Positions 27,688-42,492 of a stretch of 64,000 nt of DNA are shown in pieces. Made by a program: the position numbers and the translations under genes. Within the stretch, counting starts at the first letter, position 1. Each line of letters starts with the position of its first letter. The stretch lies in NCBI GenBank assembly GCA_965235115.1, contig OZ249436.1, forward strand, positions 1,304,001-1,368,000, given 5' to 3'. The notes below the pieces were generated by a model. That model was given only the letters and a program-made list of their open reading frames with translations. It was not told the DNA's origin and did no database searches. The DNA comes from Laetmonice hystrix. Lineage: Eukaryota.

Positions 27688-29231
27688 ATAGATGATCATT
27701 CACTTTTAAATCGATACCCTTCTTGCAGTATGTATATCTTGATTGATTGATTTATATATTGAGTGACCGATTTATTTTCAGAATTATTTATTTATTTAGG
27801 TATTATTAGATAGATGATCATTCACTTTTAAATCGATATCCTTCTTACAGTATGTATATCTTGATTGATTGATTTATATCTTGATTGATTGATTTATATC
27901 TTGATTGATTGATTTATATCTTGATTGATTGATTTATATCTTCATTGATTGATTTATTTTAAGAATTATTTATTTATGTAATATTAGATAGATGATCATT
28001 CACTTTTAAATCGATATCCTCCTTGCAGTATGTATATCTTCATTGATTGATTTATATCTTGATTGATTGATTTATATCTTGATTGATTGATTTATTTTAA
28101 GAATTATTTATTTATTTATGTATTATTAGATAGATGATCATTCACTTTTAAATCGATATCCTCCTTGCAGTATGTATATCTTCATTGATTGATTTATATC
28201 TTGATTGATTTATATCTTGATTGATTGATTTATATCTTGATTGATTGATTTATTTTAAGAATTATTTATTTATTTATGTATTATTAGATAGATGATCATT
28301 CACTTTTAAATCGATATCCTCCTTGCAGTATGTATATCTTCATTGATTGATTTATATCTTGATTGATTTATATCTTGATTGATTGATTGATATCTTCATT
28401 GATTGATTTATTTTAAGAATTATTTATTTATTTATGTATTATTAGATAGATGATCATTCACTTTTAAATCGATATCCTCCTTGCAGTATGTATATCTTCA
28501 TTGATTGATTTATATCTTGATTGATTTATATCTTGATTGATTGATTTATATCTTGATTGATTGATTTATTTTAAGAATTATTTATTTATTTATGTATTAT
28601 TAGATAGATGATCATTCACTTTTAAATCGATATCCTCCTTGCAGTATGTATATCTTCATTGATTGATTTATATCTTGATTGATTTATATCTTGATTGATT
28701 GATTGATATCTTCATTGATTGATTGATATCTTCATTGATTGATTTATATCTTCATTGATTGATTTATATCTTGATTGATTGATTTATATCTTCATTGATT
28801 GATTTATATCTTCATTGATTGATTTATATCTTCATTGATTTATTTATTTTAAGAATTATTTATTTATGTAATATTAGATAGATGATCATTCACTTTTAAA
28901 TCGATATCCTCCTTGCAGTATGTATATCTTCATTGATTGATTTATATCTTGATTGATTGATTTATATCTTCATTGATTGATTTATATCTTCATTGATTGA
29001 TTTATATCTTGATTGATTGATTTATATCTTGATTGATTGATTTATATCTTGATTGATTGATTTATATCTTGATTGATTGATTTATATCTTGATTGATTGA
29101 TTTATATCTTGATTGATTGATTTATATCTTGATTGATTGATTTATATCTTGATTGATTGATTTATATCTTGATTGATTGATTTATATCTTGATTGATTGA
29201 TTTATTTTAAGAATTATTTATTTATGTATTA
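27688..29231. repeat. AT-rich compound repeat: about 8 higher-order units, each enclosing a variable run of a 20-bp subunit (ttgattgattgatttatatc)
   Basis: Constant block tagatgatcattcacttttaaatcgat recurs, separated by variable 20-mer runs. Confidence 0.95.
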
Positions 29232-30992
29232 TTTATGATATTGGACGTACTGGGTCTTTGATTGCAGTTGTATTTATGACGTCAGTTGGTAGTGAAGATG
29301 ACTCGGAAATTAAGGATAATAGGTCCATTACAAACATTACTTAAAGAAAAGAGGCGGACAGCCATGAATCCTGTCCGAAAGCTTCCCAGCCTTAGCTTTG
29401 ACGTGTACACACGCAACAACATTAGGAGTTCCCAACTTTTGGAAGTCCAATTACTAACGATCTGGATGACATGATGGATTGGCAGAAAGCCGTGCCAAAT
29501 CCTGAAGGACAATTGGTAGGCTGCAGTTCGACGGCGGGGACACTGTGTCCATGGGTGAAAAACGGATATAGAATCACTTCAAAACCTAACCAATTTATGA
29601 TGCCATTTTCAATCAAGACATATGTGAGACAGTCATCATTTGTGAATACAAGGCTTTTGTTTAAACAAAGAACGGCTTACCTCACTTAGTAATTAAAGAG
29701 CTCTATTGGCTACAGTCGACACAACTAAGGATTATGAGCTTGGATGGCACAGGCAGATGCCCCCTGCATAGACTACATTCAGGTTATAGCACTTTATACT
29801 GATAGATTTTAACATCGCTATAAAGAACAGAATAATTGGAGACAGGATCAATAGGATAACATGAATACATCCAAACAAAGGATCTTGAATTATGACACAG
29901 ACAACTACATAAGGTAATACTTTTCTGCTAAGTTCAAAAGTATCACGAATTACTTGCGACAAATGAATTTTGAAAAAGTGTTAATTCCAAAACTGTATAT
30001 AGGCCTATTGTACATACATTGTTTAAAATCTTTTGTGGTGCAAGCACTTCGACTTTTGCTTACTAATGACACGTTATGGATGGGCATAGTTCCTGACATT
30101 AAAAATGTGTCTATCATCTCCTGTACACGTTGTAATGAGAAATATCCTTTGATGTCATGTTGTAAGGTCTCACGTAAACGTCATAATCCCGTCTTCACTC
30201 TTACAACGCTAGACTGCAGCAGTGGACCAGGAGGCTGCACGAGCGAAATGATGCTAGAACCAAACCTAGGAGGGCGCCTGGAAGCATGCGGGACCCGTAG
30301 AAAGATAACAGATTTCTTTCCAAACTAATGCTCTAGTGGAAAGGGTCTTTTCGTGGAGGTGGGAGTGGCCGCTTCGTGGGTGTTGCTGTGAGAGCGGTCT
30401 GGATGACCGCTGATGGACTCCAACCATCGCCCTGTCCCAGATATACACAAAGATGGCAGAGATCAGTCTGGCGCGACCCGCCAGATATATAAAGAAAAAC
30501 TCATGGAGCCAAACAACCCACAGACAACCGCCAAAACGACGAAAAAAAGGACAGCGGTAGGGGAGACGAAACTGTGTCGCCAATATTGCAATTTTGGGGC
30601 ACCGTCTCAATGTGCATTCTTGAATAGTTTTAGGAAGTCTTCAAATGACAAGATCTTTTCTTCACATTGACTTTTGCTACGATAAATCAATCAGGAACCT
30701 TGGTCATTTTCAACCTTGAGCGGACAAAGAATATCAGACGTGTCCCTTATGATTCCAGCCTCATTTTCAACTCATAAAGACATGAATTCGGCTCTTAATA
30801 AAAACATATTTGAGATGATGGGTTCTAGACCGCCTGAGCACCCCTGCCCCTGCTCTCTGTTGGGACGGGTGCAGGAATTAATGAATTAATTAACCTCACG
30901 GTCAGTGATGAGAGTAGAGTTTGGAGAAAGGATGAGGATAGTAAAGGAGTACGAGTTATATAAAGAAGGGTAGTCCGCAAGGCGGCATGGGC

Positions 30993-32443
30993 TTGATGGT
31001 TCTAACGGAGGGATACATAACATTAGCGATTGATGTAGGCTCTAACGGACGGATACATAATATTAGCGATTGATGGTTGCTCTAACGGAGGGAAATATAA
31101 CATTAGCGATTGATGTTTGTTCTAACGGAGGGAAATATGGATAACATTAGCGATTGATGGTTGCTCTAACGGAGGGATATATGGATAACATTAGCGATTG
31201 ATGGTTGCTCTAACGGAGGGATATATGGATAATATTAGCGATTGATGGTTGCTCTAACGGAGGGATATATAACATTAGCGATTGATGTTTGCTCTAACGG
31301 ACGGATACATAACATTAGCGATTGATGGTTGCTCTAACGGACGGATATATAACATTAGCGATTGATGGTTGCTCTAACGGAGGGATATATGGATAACGTT
31401 AGCGATTGATGGTTGCTCTAACGGACGGATACATAATATTAGCGATTGATGGTTGCTCTAACGGACGGATACATAACATTAGCGATTGATGGTTGCTCTA
31501 ACGGACGGATATATAACATTAGCGATTGATGGTTGCTCTAACGGAGGGATATATGGATAACATTAGCGATTGATGTTTGCTCTAACGGAGGGATATATAA
31601 CATTAGCGATTGATGGTTGCTCTAACGGAGGGATATATGGATAACATTAGCGATTGATGTTTGCTCTAACGGAGGGATATGGATAACATTAGCGATTGAT
31701 GTTTGCTCTAACGGACGGATACATAATATTAGCGATTGATGGTTGCTCTAACGGACGGATATATAACATTAGCGATTGATGTTTGCTCTAACGGACGGAT
31801 ATATAACATTAGCGATTGATGTTTGTTCTAACGGAGGGATATATAACATTAGCGATTGATGGTTGTTCTAACGGACGGATATATAACATTAGCGATTGAT
31901 GGTTGCTCTAACGGAGGGATACATAACATTAGCGATTGATGGTTGCTCTAACGGAGGGATACATAACATTAGCGATTGATGGTTGCTCTAACGGAGGGAT
32001 ATATAACATTAGCGATTGATGTTTGCTCTAACGGAGGGATATATAACATTAGCGATTGATGGTTGCTCTAACGGAGGGATATATGGATAACATTAGCGAT
32101 TGATGGTTGCTCTAACGGAGGGATATATGGATAACATTAGCGATTGATGGTTGCTCTAACGGAGGGATATATGGATAACATTAGCGATTGATGTTTGCTC
32201 TAACGGAGGGATACATAACATTAGCGATTGATGGTTGCTCTAACGGAGGGATATATGGATAACATTAGCGATTGATGTTTGCTCTAACGGAGGGATATAT
32301 AACATTAGCGATTGATGGTTGCTCTAACGGAGGGATATATGGATAACATTAGCGATTGATGGTTGCTCTAACGGACGGATATATGGATAACATTAGCGAT
32401 TGATGGTTGCTCTAACGGAGGGATATATGGATAATATAAGCGC
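30993..32443. repeat. Minisatellite, 40/44-bp unit (tctaacggagggatat[atgg]ataacattagcgattgatggttgc), about 35 copies
   Basis: Tandem periodicity. Confidence 0.98.
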
Positions 32444-32454
32444 TTGATATAGGT

Positions 32455-32640
32455 TTCTTCTTCTTCTTCTTCTTCTTCTTCTTCTTCTGTTTCTTCTTCT
32501 CCATCTTCTTGTTCTTCTTATTCCTCTTCTGCTTCTGCTTCTTTTGCTTCTTCTTCTTAAGCTTCTTTTTCTGCTTCTTCCTCATCAGCATCATCTTCTT
32601 CTTCTTCTTGTTCTGCTTTTTCTTCTCCCTCTCCTCCCCT
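32455..32640. repeat. Degenerate (CTT)n microsatellite
   Basis: Simple sequence. Confidence 0.95.
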
Positions 32641-33909
32641 ACTCATCCTCCTCTTTTTTGGAGTTCTTTGCGTGGAGTCTACGGCTAGAAAGCCTCTTTG
32701 GTCGGAACAACGCTTGTGTCAAATCTAGTGGGCCTGCCTTGATTGGTCGCCTTCCTAGTAATTTGTGAGTGTCTCCACTCGGTCTTTCTCTCCAGCTAAG
32801 CTGCCTGTCAAGTTTGAGGGTATTTGAGAGCGAATGTAGAGATGGTAGATGGTAGTAGATGTCAGGATGTCCGGCGAATGGAAGTGTGAATGAAGGTGAC
32901 ACTTTGCCACTTATACGGCACTATATTCGAGGTGGTGGTAATTGCCTGCCGAGTGAGAATATAATGAATACTTTGTTACACCAGTATCAGGTGGGACCCG
33001 GGCATAGAGAATGTTAATATGGTGTAATGTTCATGCTAATCTTTCTATCCCATTTAATGTTGCCAAATCTTGGCGCTATTGGTCTCCCTCGTACATCACG
33101 CCCATCATAGTGTGTACATTATGGTTCCCTGAACATGGTGTCGGCCACCGATGTCGGCGTCGGTGTCGGCTGCGGTGTGATTGCTACCATTAAAAATAAC
33201 ACGTTTTTAAATAGCGTCGGTGTCGGCGTCGGTGGGCCATTATGCAGTTTTTCTCGTTTACCTTTAGAAAGGAGTTTAATATATATATATGTTATACGAT
33301 CTCCGTTTCGGTTTATCTGAATAAACCTGCCTGGATTCGGTGAACTGGCACTTTCGGGACATATTAATCTCTATAAATATGATTTCCGTGAAACTTAGGA
33401 AACATGTATGATCATTAGATATTATAATACAAAGAAAAAAAAACCAACACCTCAGCGCAGTGGCATAATAAGATCCCGATACAATTAAACTTATAGTCAT
33501 GTAATAAAAATGTCAGCAGGAATATTGAGATATTCTCATTAGCAGTGGCTCTAGGTGAAACGACTCTCACGACTCGTACAGTACAACAGGCGCCGATTCA
33601 CGCCAAGAGATCGGCAATCGGTGCTATCGCAGCGCTACCTAGCGTACAGTAGCAAACCAATGCGCTCCTCGCATGATCAAATACTGTATGGTGATTGGCC
33701 AGGAGAGTCGACGACAGTTGGGCGCGGGAAAACACGCACACTGTCGCGATTTTGGTCAACTGGAACCAAACCGTTTGACTCTCGATTCGTTTTTCGAATC
33801 GGCTACGATTTGGACCAACTGCAGTCGTGAGCGCCTTCACGACTGGTTCCCGACTGAAAGTTGGTCAAAGTTGGCCAAAAGTGTGACAATGTGCGGCAGG
33901 TTTGATAGC

Positions 33910-34020
33910 GAGAGAGAGAAACAGAGAGAGAGGGAGAGAGAAAGAGAGAGGGAGAGAGAAAGAGAGAGACAGACAGACAGAGACAGAGAGAGACAGAGAG
34001 AGAGGCAGAGAGAGAGAGAG

Positions 34021-34051
<31 letters not shown>
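33910..34051. repeat. (GA)n microsatellite
   Basis: Simple sequence. Confidence 0.97.
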
Positions 34052-34640
34052 CAGTAACTGTTCAAATGACATGCAAAGAGAAACGAAGTTAGCTTCAATA
34101 TGGACACAGTTTGTAAGCATAGCGCTCAACACATGCAGTGTAATCCTTCATGTGGATTGATTATCGAATTAAGTATTTTATAAATGTGCCTGATCGTTAT
34201 TATTATTATAAAAATAGGATCGGGCCGAGGGCCACAACATCAATCAAATGGCGCCCAATAGTCGCGCTGGCAATACTCGTCATTGTTTTCCGTGTAGCTT
34301 TTCAAATGTTTACTTTGCACATGCATGTACGCTGGTTATAAAAAAGTCCTGTTGGAAACTTCATCGTTTGTGTTTTGTCAGGAGCCCACGCTCGGCCTCA
34401 GAGAGGTTAGTTTTGCTGGAGTTTACACTTTCATGTACAGCGTAATGATTATAGAGTAGTGTGTATCTTTATTCTTTAAGCAGAACATATACCGCCATTA
34501 TGTTAACAGCCTCCTGTCGAATAAACAAGTAGACCCAATTGGGTGTGAGGGAGGCCCGACCTCAGCCTGATAGACTGATCACGGGAGGGTCATGAGTGGG
34601 GGCCTGTGTCCGCGTTGTGAGGTCCTGCCCGCCTGCTACC

Positions 34641-36732
34641 ATAACAGAGAACAACCCCCTGTCACAGGGCCAGACCTCAGCCTACGATAACAGAGACCCT
34701 GTCCCAGGGCCAGACCTCAGCCTACGATAACAGAGAACAACCCCCTGTCACAGGGCCAGACCTCAGCCTACGATAACAGAGACCCTGTCCCAGGGCCAGA
34801 CCTCAGCCTACGATAACAGACAACAACCCCCTGTCACAGGGCCAGACCTCAGCCTACGATAACAGAGAACAACCCCCTGTCACAGGGCCAGACCTCAGCC
34901 TACGATAACAGAGAACAACCCCCTGTCACAGGGCCAGACCTCAGCCTACGATAACAGACAACAACCCCCTGTCACACGGCCAGACCTCAGCCTACGATAA
35001 CAGAGACCCTGTCCCAGGGCCAGACCTCAGCCTACGATAACAGAGAACAACCCCCTGTCACAGGGCCAGACCTCAGCCTACGATAACAGAGAACAACCCG
35101 CTGTCACAGGGCCAGACCTCAGCCTACGATAACAGACAACAACCCCCTGTCACAGGGCCAGACCTCAGCCTACGATAACAGAGAACAACCCCCTGTCACA
35201 GGGCCAGACCTCAGCCTACGATAACAGAGAACAACCCCCTGTCACAGGACCAGACCTCAGCCTACGATAACAGAGAACAACCCCCTGTCACAGGGCCAGA
35301 CCTCAGCCTACGATAACAGAGAACAACCCCCTGTCACAGGGCCAGACCTCAGCCTAGGATAGCAGACAACAACCCCCTGTCACAGGACCAGACCTCAGCC
35401 TACGATAGCAGACAACAACCCCCTGTCACAGGGCCAGACCTCAGCCTACGATAACAGAGAACAACCCCCTGTCACAGGGCCAGACCTCAGCCTACGATAG
35501 CAGACAACAACCCCCTGTCACAGGGCCAGACCTCAGCCTACGATAACAGACAACAACCCCCTGTCACAGGGCCAGACCTCAGCCTACGATAACAGAGAAC
35601 AACCTGCTGTCACAGGGCCAGACCTCAGCCTACGATAACAGACAACAACCCCCTGTCACAGGGCCAGACCTCAGCCTACGATAACAGACAACAACCCCCT
35701 GTCACACGGCCAGACCTCAGCCTACGATAACAGAGACCCTGTCACAGGGCCAGACCTCAGCCTACGATAGCAGACAACAACCCCCTGTCACAGGGCCAGA
35801 CCTCAGCCTACGATAACAGAGAACAACCCCCTGTCACAGGGCCAGACCTCAGCCTACGATAGCAGACAACAACCCCCTGTCACAGGGCCAGACCTCAGCC
35901 TACGATAACAGAGAACAACCCCCTGTCACAGGACCAGACCTCAGCCTAGGATAACAGACAACAACCCCCTGTCACAGGGCCAGACCTCAGCCTACGATAA
36001 CAGAGAACAACCCCCTGTCACAGGGCCAGACCTCAGCCTACGATAACAGAGACCCTGTCACAGGGCCAGAACTCAGCCTACGATAACAGACAACAACCCC
36101 CTGTCACAGGGCCAGACCTCAGCCTAGGATAACAGACAACAACCCCCTGTCACAGGGCCAGACCTCAGCCTACGATAACAGAGAACAACCCCCTGTCACA
36201 GGGCCAGACCTCAGCCTACGATAACAGAGAACAACCCCCTGTCACAGGGCCAGACCTCAGCCTACGATAACAGAGAACAACCCCCTGTCACAGGGCCAGA
36301 CCTCAGCCTACGATAACAGAGAACAACCCCCTGTCACAGGGCCAGACCTCAGCCTACGATAACAGACAACAACCCCCTGTCACAGGGCCAGACCTCAGCC
36401 TACGATAACAGAGAACAACCCCCTGTCACAGGGCCAGACCTCAGCCTACGATAACAGAGAACAACCTGCTGTCACAGGGCCAGACCTCAGCCTACGATAA
36501 CAGACAACAACCCCCTGTCACAGGGCCAGACCTCAGCCTACGATAACAGACAACAACCCCCTGTCACAGGGCCAGACCTCAGCCTACGATAACAGACAAC
36601 AACCCCCTGTCACAGGGCCAGACCTCAGCCTACGATAACAGACAACAACCCCCTGTCACAGGGCCAGACCTCACAGGGCCAGACCTCACAGGGCCAGACC
36701 TCACAGGGCCAGACCTCACAGGGCCAGACCTC
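34641..36732. repeat. Minisatellite, 46/40-bp unit (cagggccagacctcagcctacgataacagagaacaaccccctgtca), about 44 copies, ending in a 15-bp x5 sub-array
   Basis: Tandem periodicity. Confidence 0.99.
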
Positions 36733-37878
36733 TGAATAGTGGCGCCCCACTCGCCCCTTCGAACGGAATAAGTAAACGAATGAGGAGGAAACACTTTGCT
36801 AACGCACAGGTTGCTGGTCGCCATATTTGCACTTTCTGCTGGTTCCTTGCGACTGTCTTAAATCACCGGAACTACCCAGCTTGGGTACAAACAGTCCATT
36901 GTGAGCTATCCCATGCCAGAGACACTTAGAAGGAATCAGAGTCTCGGGCTACAGTACCTCGGGTCACTTCTTACGAGGCATCTAGAGATCCTACACATTG
37001 ATGAATCGGTTCATCCCTATAGCAGCCTTCTAAATAAGCGCCGGTAGTCGGCGTTTTGGCGCGCCAACTTACCACAGACCGCCGGTGTCACATCTAATAC
37101 CTACCCCCATTAATACCTACCCCCGGTAGGTATTATCTAAAATAATAATTATCTGGATGATAATAATAACCTCCCCGGTCACTATTATGTAGATAATAGT
37201 GGCCCTCCCTATGTTCATTAAAACAAATTTTACAGACGTACAATGCCTATCAAAATTTGTATTTAATTGTTACCTAAGACCTGTAGTACTTGAATACTTT
37301 TAATTTCGGCGTAATTTTGTTTTTATCCTAGCAGAACGTAGAGTGTATGTGTACACCCTTTCTGTGGTCCTCGAACTGGAGGGGGATATATAAAGCAATT
37401 ACCTCCACTGTAGTAATGTAGGGAATTGTGAGGCACCGGTCTCCACGTTCGGTCGTAGTCTGGAAACAGACGCTGTTGAAAACCTGACAGTAGGAAGAGT
37501 TCGGCTCGGTTGGTGTGTGTCCACTTGGAGAGGTGAGGGTGTAACTCGGCGATAAGTGGACACAACTCTTCTAAAGGGATCTAGCAATAGAACCCGTACC
37601 CCGTCAGTGGGCTCAATCTGCGGCAAGGTTCCAAACCAGTTGACTCTCAATGGGCTATCGTGTGTTCTCCAGACGCCAGATCTTCGAACAGTAGGACTTG
37701 GACCAGCCATTAAGTCCAGTTTCATTTTTTAATGGTATTTTCAATTTTTAGTTATTCTCAACTCGCCACTCTCCTATTATACCCGGAACCACTCTAGCCC
37801 CAGAATCTGATTCTTCCGTGATCATATCTGGCACTGTAGGCTTTTGCGATAGCTCACAAGGCACAATGTCGTTTGACC

Positions 37879-38206
37879 CAGGCTGCTGATTGCCGAAACA
37901 TCAGGACATGAAAGGTCATGGAAAATGAAATTTTGTTTTCCAGGCATGGAAAAGTCATGGCAAATGGAAAAACGAAGGAAAGTCATGAAAAAGTCATGGA
38001 ATTTGTTATTTCTCTTGAACCAAATTTTTGTTTCTGTTAGGCAAAGAACGTCTTAGGTCAAAATTGTAATGTTCTGCGACGTACTAGGGGGCAGTTCTGG
38101 GATTTTTAATTTTATCCGGAATTGGTCAGGAAATTTTGGAGTTTTGGCCTCGAAAATAAATGGAAAAGTCATGAATTTTCAATAGAACCAACCTGTGGTA
38201 ACCCTG
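37879..38206. mobile_element. Degenerate non-autonomous DNA element with ggaaaagtcatgga subterminal repeats
   Basis: Repeated aaagtcatgg motifs near both ends; right terminus gtggtaaccctg. Confidence 0.5.
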
Positions 38207-38217
38207 ATACGGGTGTA

Positions 38218-38428
38218 TAGTTTGTTCGCTCTAGGAAGAGCTCGACCTGGGCCTCCTTAAAGCTGTTAGTTCATTTGGGGTAATACAGAACCACGTGAAA
38301 TTTGGTCATATTCTTGAATGACAGGCGGTGATGACTTGTGATACGCCAGCTGTGGGTAGACGGGAGGAGGGGGCAGGTCAGAGCTTTTATGAGGCCGAGG
38401 TCGAGCTCTTCTTAGAGCGAACAGACTA
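38218..38428. mobile_element. MITE with TAG...CTA termini (possibly Academ-type)
   Basis: About 47-bp inverted repeats tagtttgttcgctctaggaagagctcgacctgggcctc / gaggccgaggtcgagctcttcttagagcgaacagacta; no clear TSD. Confidence 0.8.
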
Positions 38429-39730
38429 ACTTTACCACATGATTCCGCATAGGGTCCCGGTGTGTAGTATATTACTTGCTATCTCTTCTGTACGCAGAGA
38501 TTGCTTATATTAAATTGTCTAAGCCAATTCACATATCTGCTGAATTAAAAGTACGAATAGACCAAGCAGCGTCAGGTGTGACGGGAACAATGCTGACGGG
38601 AGAGTGTAATACAGATCATTCCATGTTGACACCTGCTCGGTTCACAAGACGAGCACAGCTTGTCGCGACATGAATTATTTTCCGTTTGAATTGATTGCCA
38701 CAGGATCTTAGACCATTCTACAATGTTAAACGTGTAAAAACGAAATCGGAGCGTCTTTCGAGGAAATCCTTCCCTGCTATATAGTTGTCCTGCTTCCTCC
38801 TATGTGTATTACACATGACATACTATTTCACAGGTTTCAGAACAGGTAAAGCAATATTAGACTTCTTTTCTATTTCCTTTTCCCCCTGTTCTAGTATGGA
38901 TTCCCCGGTGGAATCTGTGGCTATATGGACTCCACACATTGAGACTTGCAACCTGAGTGTCCTTATATTTGCGCACACTATTCAATAAAACTGTCCCAAC
39001 TCAAGCGTAAACTGAAAAACAAACCACACAATGTTTTATTATCAGAGCCTGTTGATGGGAGAACCTGACGAAATATGACGAGGACAGGAATCGTCAATAG
39101 TCGTATACAGCCGAGTGTTGGCATGGCGATCAGCTCTTGTTGATTCCTAACATAAATAGAACACCGAGGAAAAAATATCTTGATAAACAGGAAAAAAACA
39201 GGATTATCCATGGAGTACATATGTACTCAAGGGATCTCACGGGTTGACAGGAACACAATATTATGGCGGTCCACGCCCTCTGGCGAGTGGGAATAAACGG
39301 AGAGAGGCGGAGGACTTACCGCTATCCACTGTAAACAGCCCAGACTAGCGATACACGGGGGAGAGGTGCCGAGTGATAATGGAATGAGTGGTATTGAAGC
39401 GCTCAGGTAAGCCCCCTGAGGAATGTCAGCACGTAGGAGGTAACAATATGTGTCAGACAGTCTTCTCTATGATTGAGACATATTGGTCGGTGGGGTCTGT
39501 GATCTAGTATTAGCATGCCTGTCACCCAGGAATAACAAAGACCAATATAGGAGTACGAGTGTGCCATACCCCCACAAATCATTAAGACCAAAGCCGGGAG
39601 GGGAACCTCCGCTATCGTTTCAAGTGATTAGATCTGCCATGATTAACGCAATGGTTGTGCTACAGCCAGACCGATAGGTATGCCTACACCATGATGAACA
39701 AAGTTACCAGATGTGAACACAGCGTGCAGA

Positions 39731-40011
39731 TAAGCCCTGAACCCACAGCGATTTATGCCGTGCGACGAGCCTGTCGCAAGCCTTGCGACAAGACGGAGAA
39801 ATATCAAACATGTTTGATATTATCGCAAGCCATGCGACTCAATTCTTGCGACCAAAGGCTGATTTGCAAGGCTTGCGAAAAGGGTACCTACTTTGCGACT
39901 GATGCTCGCAAGGCTTGCATGGATCGCATAGTAGGTCACGTTTTAGCCGCCACCTAATGACGACACACAACCGTCAAATGTGACGTCATTGGGTGGCGGC
40001 TAAAACGTGAC
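39731..40011. mobile_element. Palindrome-rich MITE remnants
   Basis: 22-bp palindrome aatatcaaacatgtttgatatt (39800-39821), repeated tcgcaag/cttgcga, and a hairpin with about 28-bp arms at 39935-40011. Confidence 0.55.
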
Positions 40012-42492
40012 GTCGTCATGTGTGACGTCACACATGACGACAGGCAGCAGTCATGTGTGACGTCACACATGACGAAAGGCAGCAGTTATGCGTGACGTTA
40101 CACAACCATCATGACGATTGTTTGAACTGCTCCGAAGTAGGCTTACAAACCATCTCAAGGGATCATTTGAAATTATATTTTGCGAACTTTTATATTAAAC
40201 ACCTGCCCGAACCCCCATTTTTATCTACTCAAAACCAGGGACGTGTGAAAATATTTACGACTTAAAAAGTAAGCAATATTGTGATGACTTTTGCGACAGT
40301 TTCTGTGAAGAACGGACGAGAACTATGAATATTAAAGCGCCGTGGGCATATTCTGCTCAGACCGAATGTATTTTCTCCATTACAAAAACGTAATGAAGTG
40401 ATACGTCACATTTGAAATGCCTCATGCAGCGATGATAAGAGTATAAAAATACAATTACTGTCTATGCATCCTATTAACGAACCTCCCACGCCCTGATGGT
40501 GAACCATACACGCCCAACCAATATAAAAAACAAGAGCCAAATCGTCTTGCCGTTCGTGTGTCGTATTTATAAGTAGTACCGGTCGAGGGAGCCAGACCTC
40601 ATGGACAGTCTGGGCAGGCCATTGTTTTCACAGGCTGGTGGCCAGTGCAATTATAGCGTCGTGACAATACTGGCTGGATTGCCCTTACCGTACACCAGCT
40701 GGGGTCCAAACGACGCAGGCCATGACCTGCAGACATGTGTAGCATGCTTCAACCGCTGGCAGCAGGACTTTGCCCATTCCTGCTGGGTCTCCATCTATCT
40801 GGTTAACTCATGAAGACATATTTGCATGTTGTTCCGATGAGTACATGCGAATCAGAAGTCTTGTATAAAATGAAATGGGAATAGTATTGACTTCAAGGCC
40901 ATAAGTCTAATGTTCTCAGAACTGTGCTACACAAACGCTAATGGACGGATCAGGTTAGGCTGACGCGATACTTTCATTTATAACATGTCATATTCTCCTT
41001 GAAAAGATTAAAGGTCTCCTCAAGTTTTACCCCGCAAAAAAAAAAACATTATGACATAATGGCATTTATTAGATATGGAAGGGAATAGGATTGTTGTTTT
41101 GGGGGGAACTGGAGGAGACCAACGCCATGTAGTGCTGCCGAAAGGAACCCAGCCGAGGACCAATCAGCTGCATTCTAACATCCTTGGCACACTTGGCTTA
41201 TCATCTGACGACAACCAATATAATTGTTAAATTATGCAATAATTGAAAAGCATCAAGCGATCGTACTGCCACCTATCGGCACTAGAGTGCACCTATAGCA
41301 CGCCACTTCCGCCGACAGACGTGCGGAAAATAACCCATCACGAACTGCCGTTAAAATAACCCATCACGAACTCCTGTTAGAAAACTTGCCGGGAGATCTC
41401 CATCTCCCAGGTTTCAAACCTCCGGATGATCTCCTCTCCTGAGTAATCCACACCTACAATAATACAGTGGGATTATTATGTAAAGTTTTTATTTCCTAAT
41501 TATATTAAATGGTCTGGGATGGTTCACGACTGACAGAGAACTGTCTTAAAGAACGTGTTATCTTCAGTCGAGGTAACTAGAATCTTACAGTGATCAAACG
41601 TATCTTTTCTCGCAATAGAAAAGGCAATATCCCCTGGCTGTAAATCGCTGATAACGGTGCAGACACATTCTACAATCAGTTAACCCTTGCTGGAATCCTT
41701 TAAATTGATTACTGCTAGCGGACACCACACTGCTCCGTCCTTAACAGCAATCAAGTTTCTAGTTATCCTCAAAGCCATCGCACTTCAACACTTCCCGAAT
41801 TTGTCACGGTGGGTGCGCAGGGCGGCCTGGTTGCTGGGGTAGAATGGGAAGGCGCTCAGTCCTGCACCTGCCACCTGTTTATGGCCTCACCACGCCGGCC
41901 GTCCGCACAAACCACTGGAGGATTCCCGTGTAAGGGAGGGAATCGTGGGAGTCGGATTCTGGAGACGGTATAATATTTCCGTGTGAAATGTTTGCGTCTC
42001 GCAGAAATATTGTCACTAAAAACACAGTCAAGATTGACAACGTGCTTGGGTTAGCTCTATTGATCTTGGAAAAGCTAGGCTGGTGAATACAGTCGGTCAA
42101 TAGTATGGTTTCGACAGTAATTAAAACATTATTTATTCGTATTCTGCAGAAGATTAGAGGGACGAAATGGAAAGCTTCGAACAGGAATTTTATAGAGACT
42201 ACAAATTGCGCCGGCATGATGATACTGGGTCTCCTTGCTTACATGGAATTCTACTACAAGTAAAGGGAAATGTTTCCTGTCTTCTTTAGAGAACGCTACT
42301 GTTAACGTCATTAAACAGTAACGTTGAGCTGGTATCTGTTGTCTATACAGTCTGTCAGAAGACCCGAATGGTTTGTGTCAGGTTCGTCGAATAGATTAAT
42401 GAACAATTATGTGTAATTAACGCTATATAAGAGCAATAAAATGTTGACACTAAAAGAGCATGCATAAATGGGGGACGCCAGGTCCTATAGAC

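Noticed and set aside
29282..30670. Cluster of short ORFs in unique sequence
   Set aside because: No recognisable motif or consistent frame; may be very old TE debris
37870..37910. Possible minimal hammerhead (ctgattgccgaaacatcagg)
   Set aside because: Lacks the CUGANGA core and stem II
38826..38851. Possible + strand micro-exon (ttcacag-gtttcagaacag-gtaaag)
   Set aside because: Weak sites, and it does not supply the missing GPCR sequence
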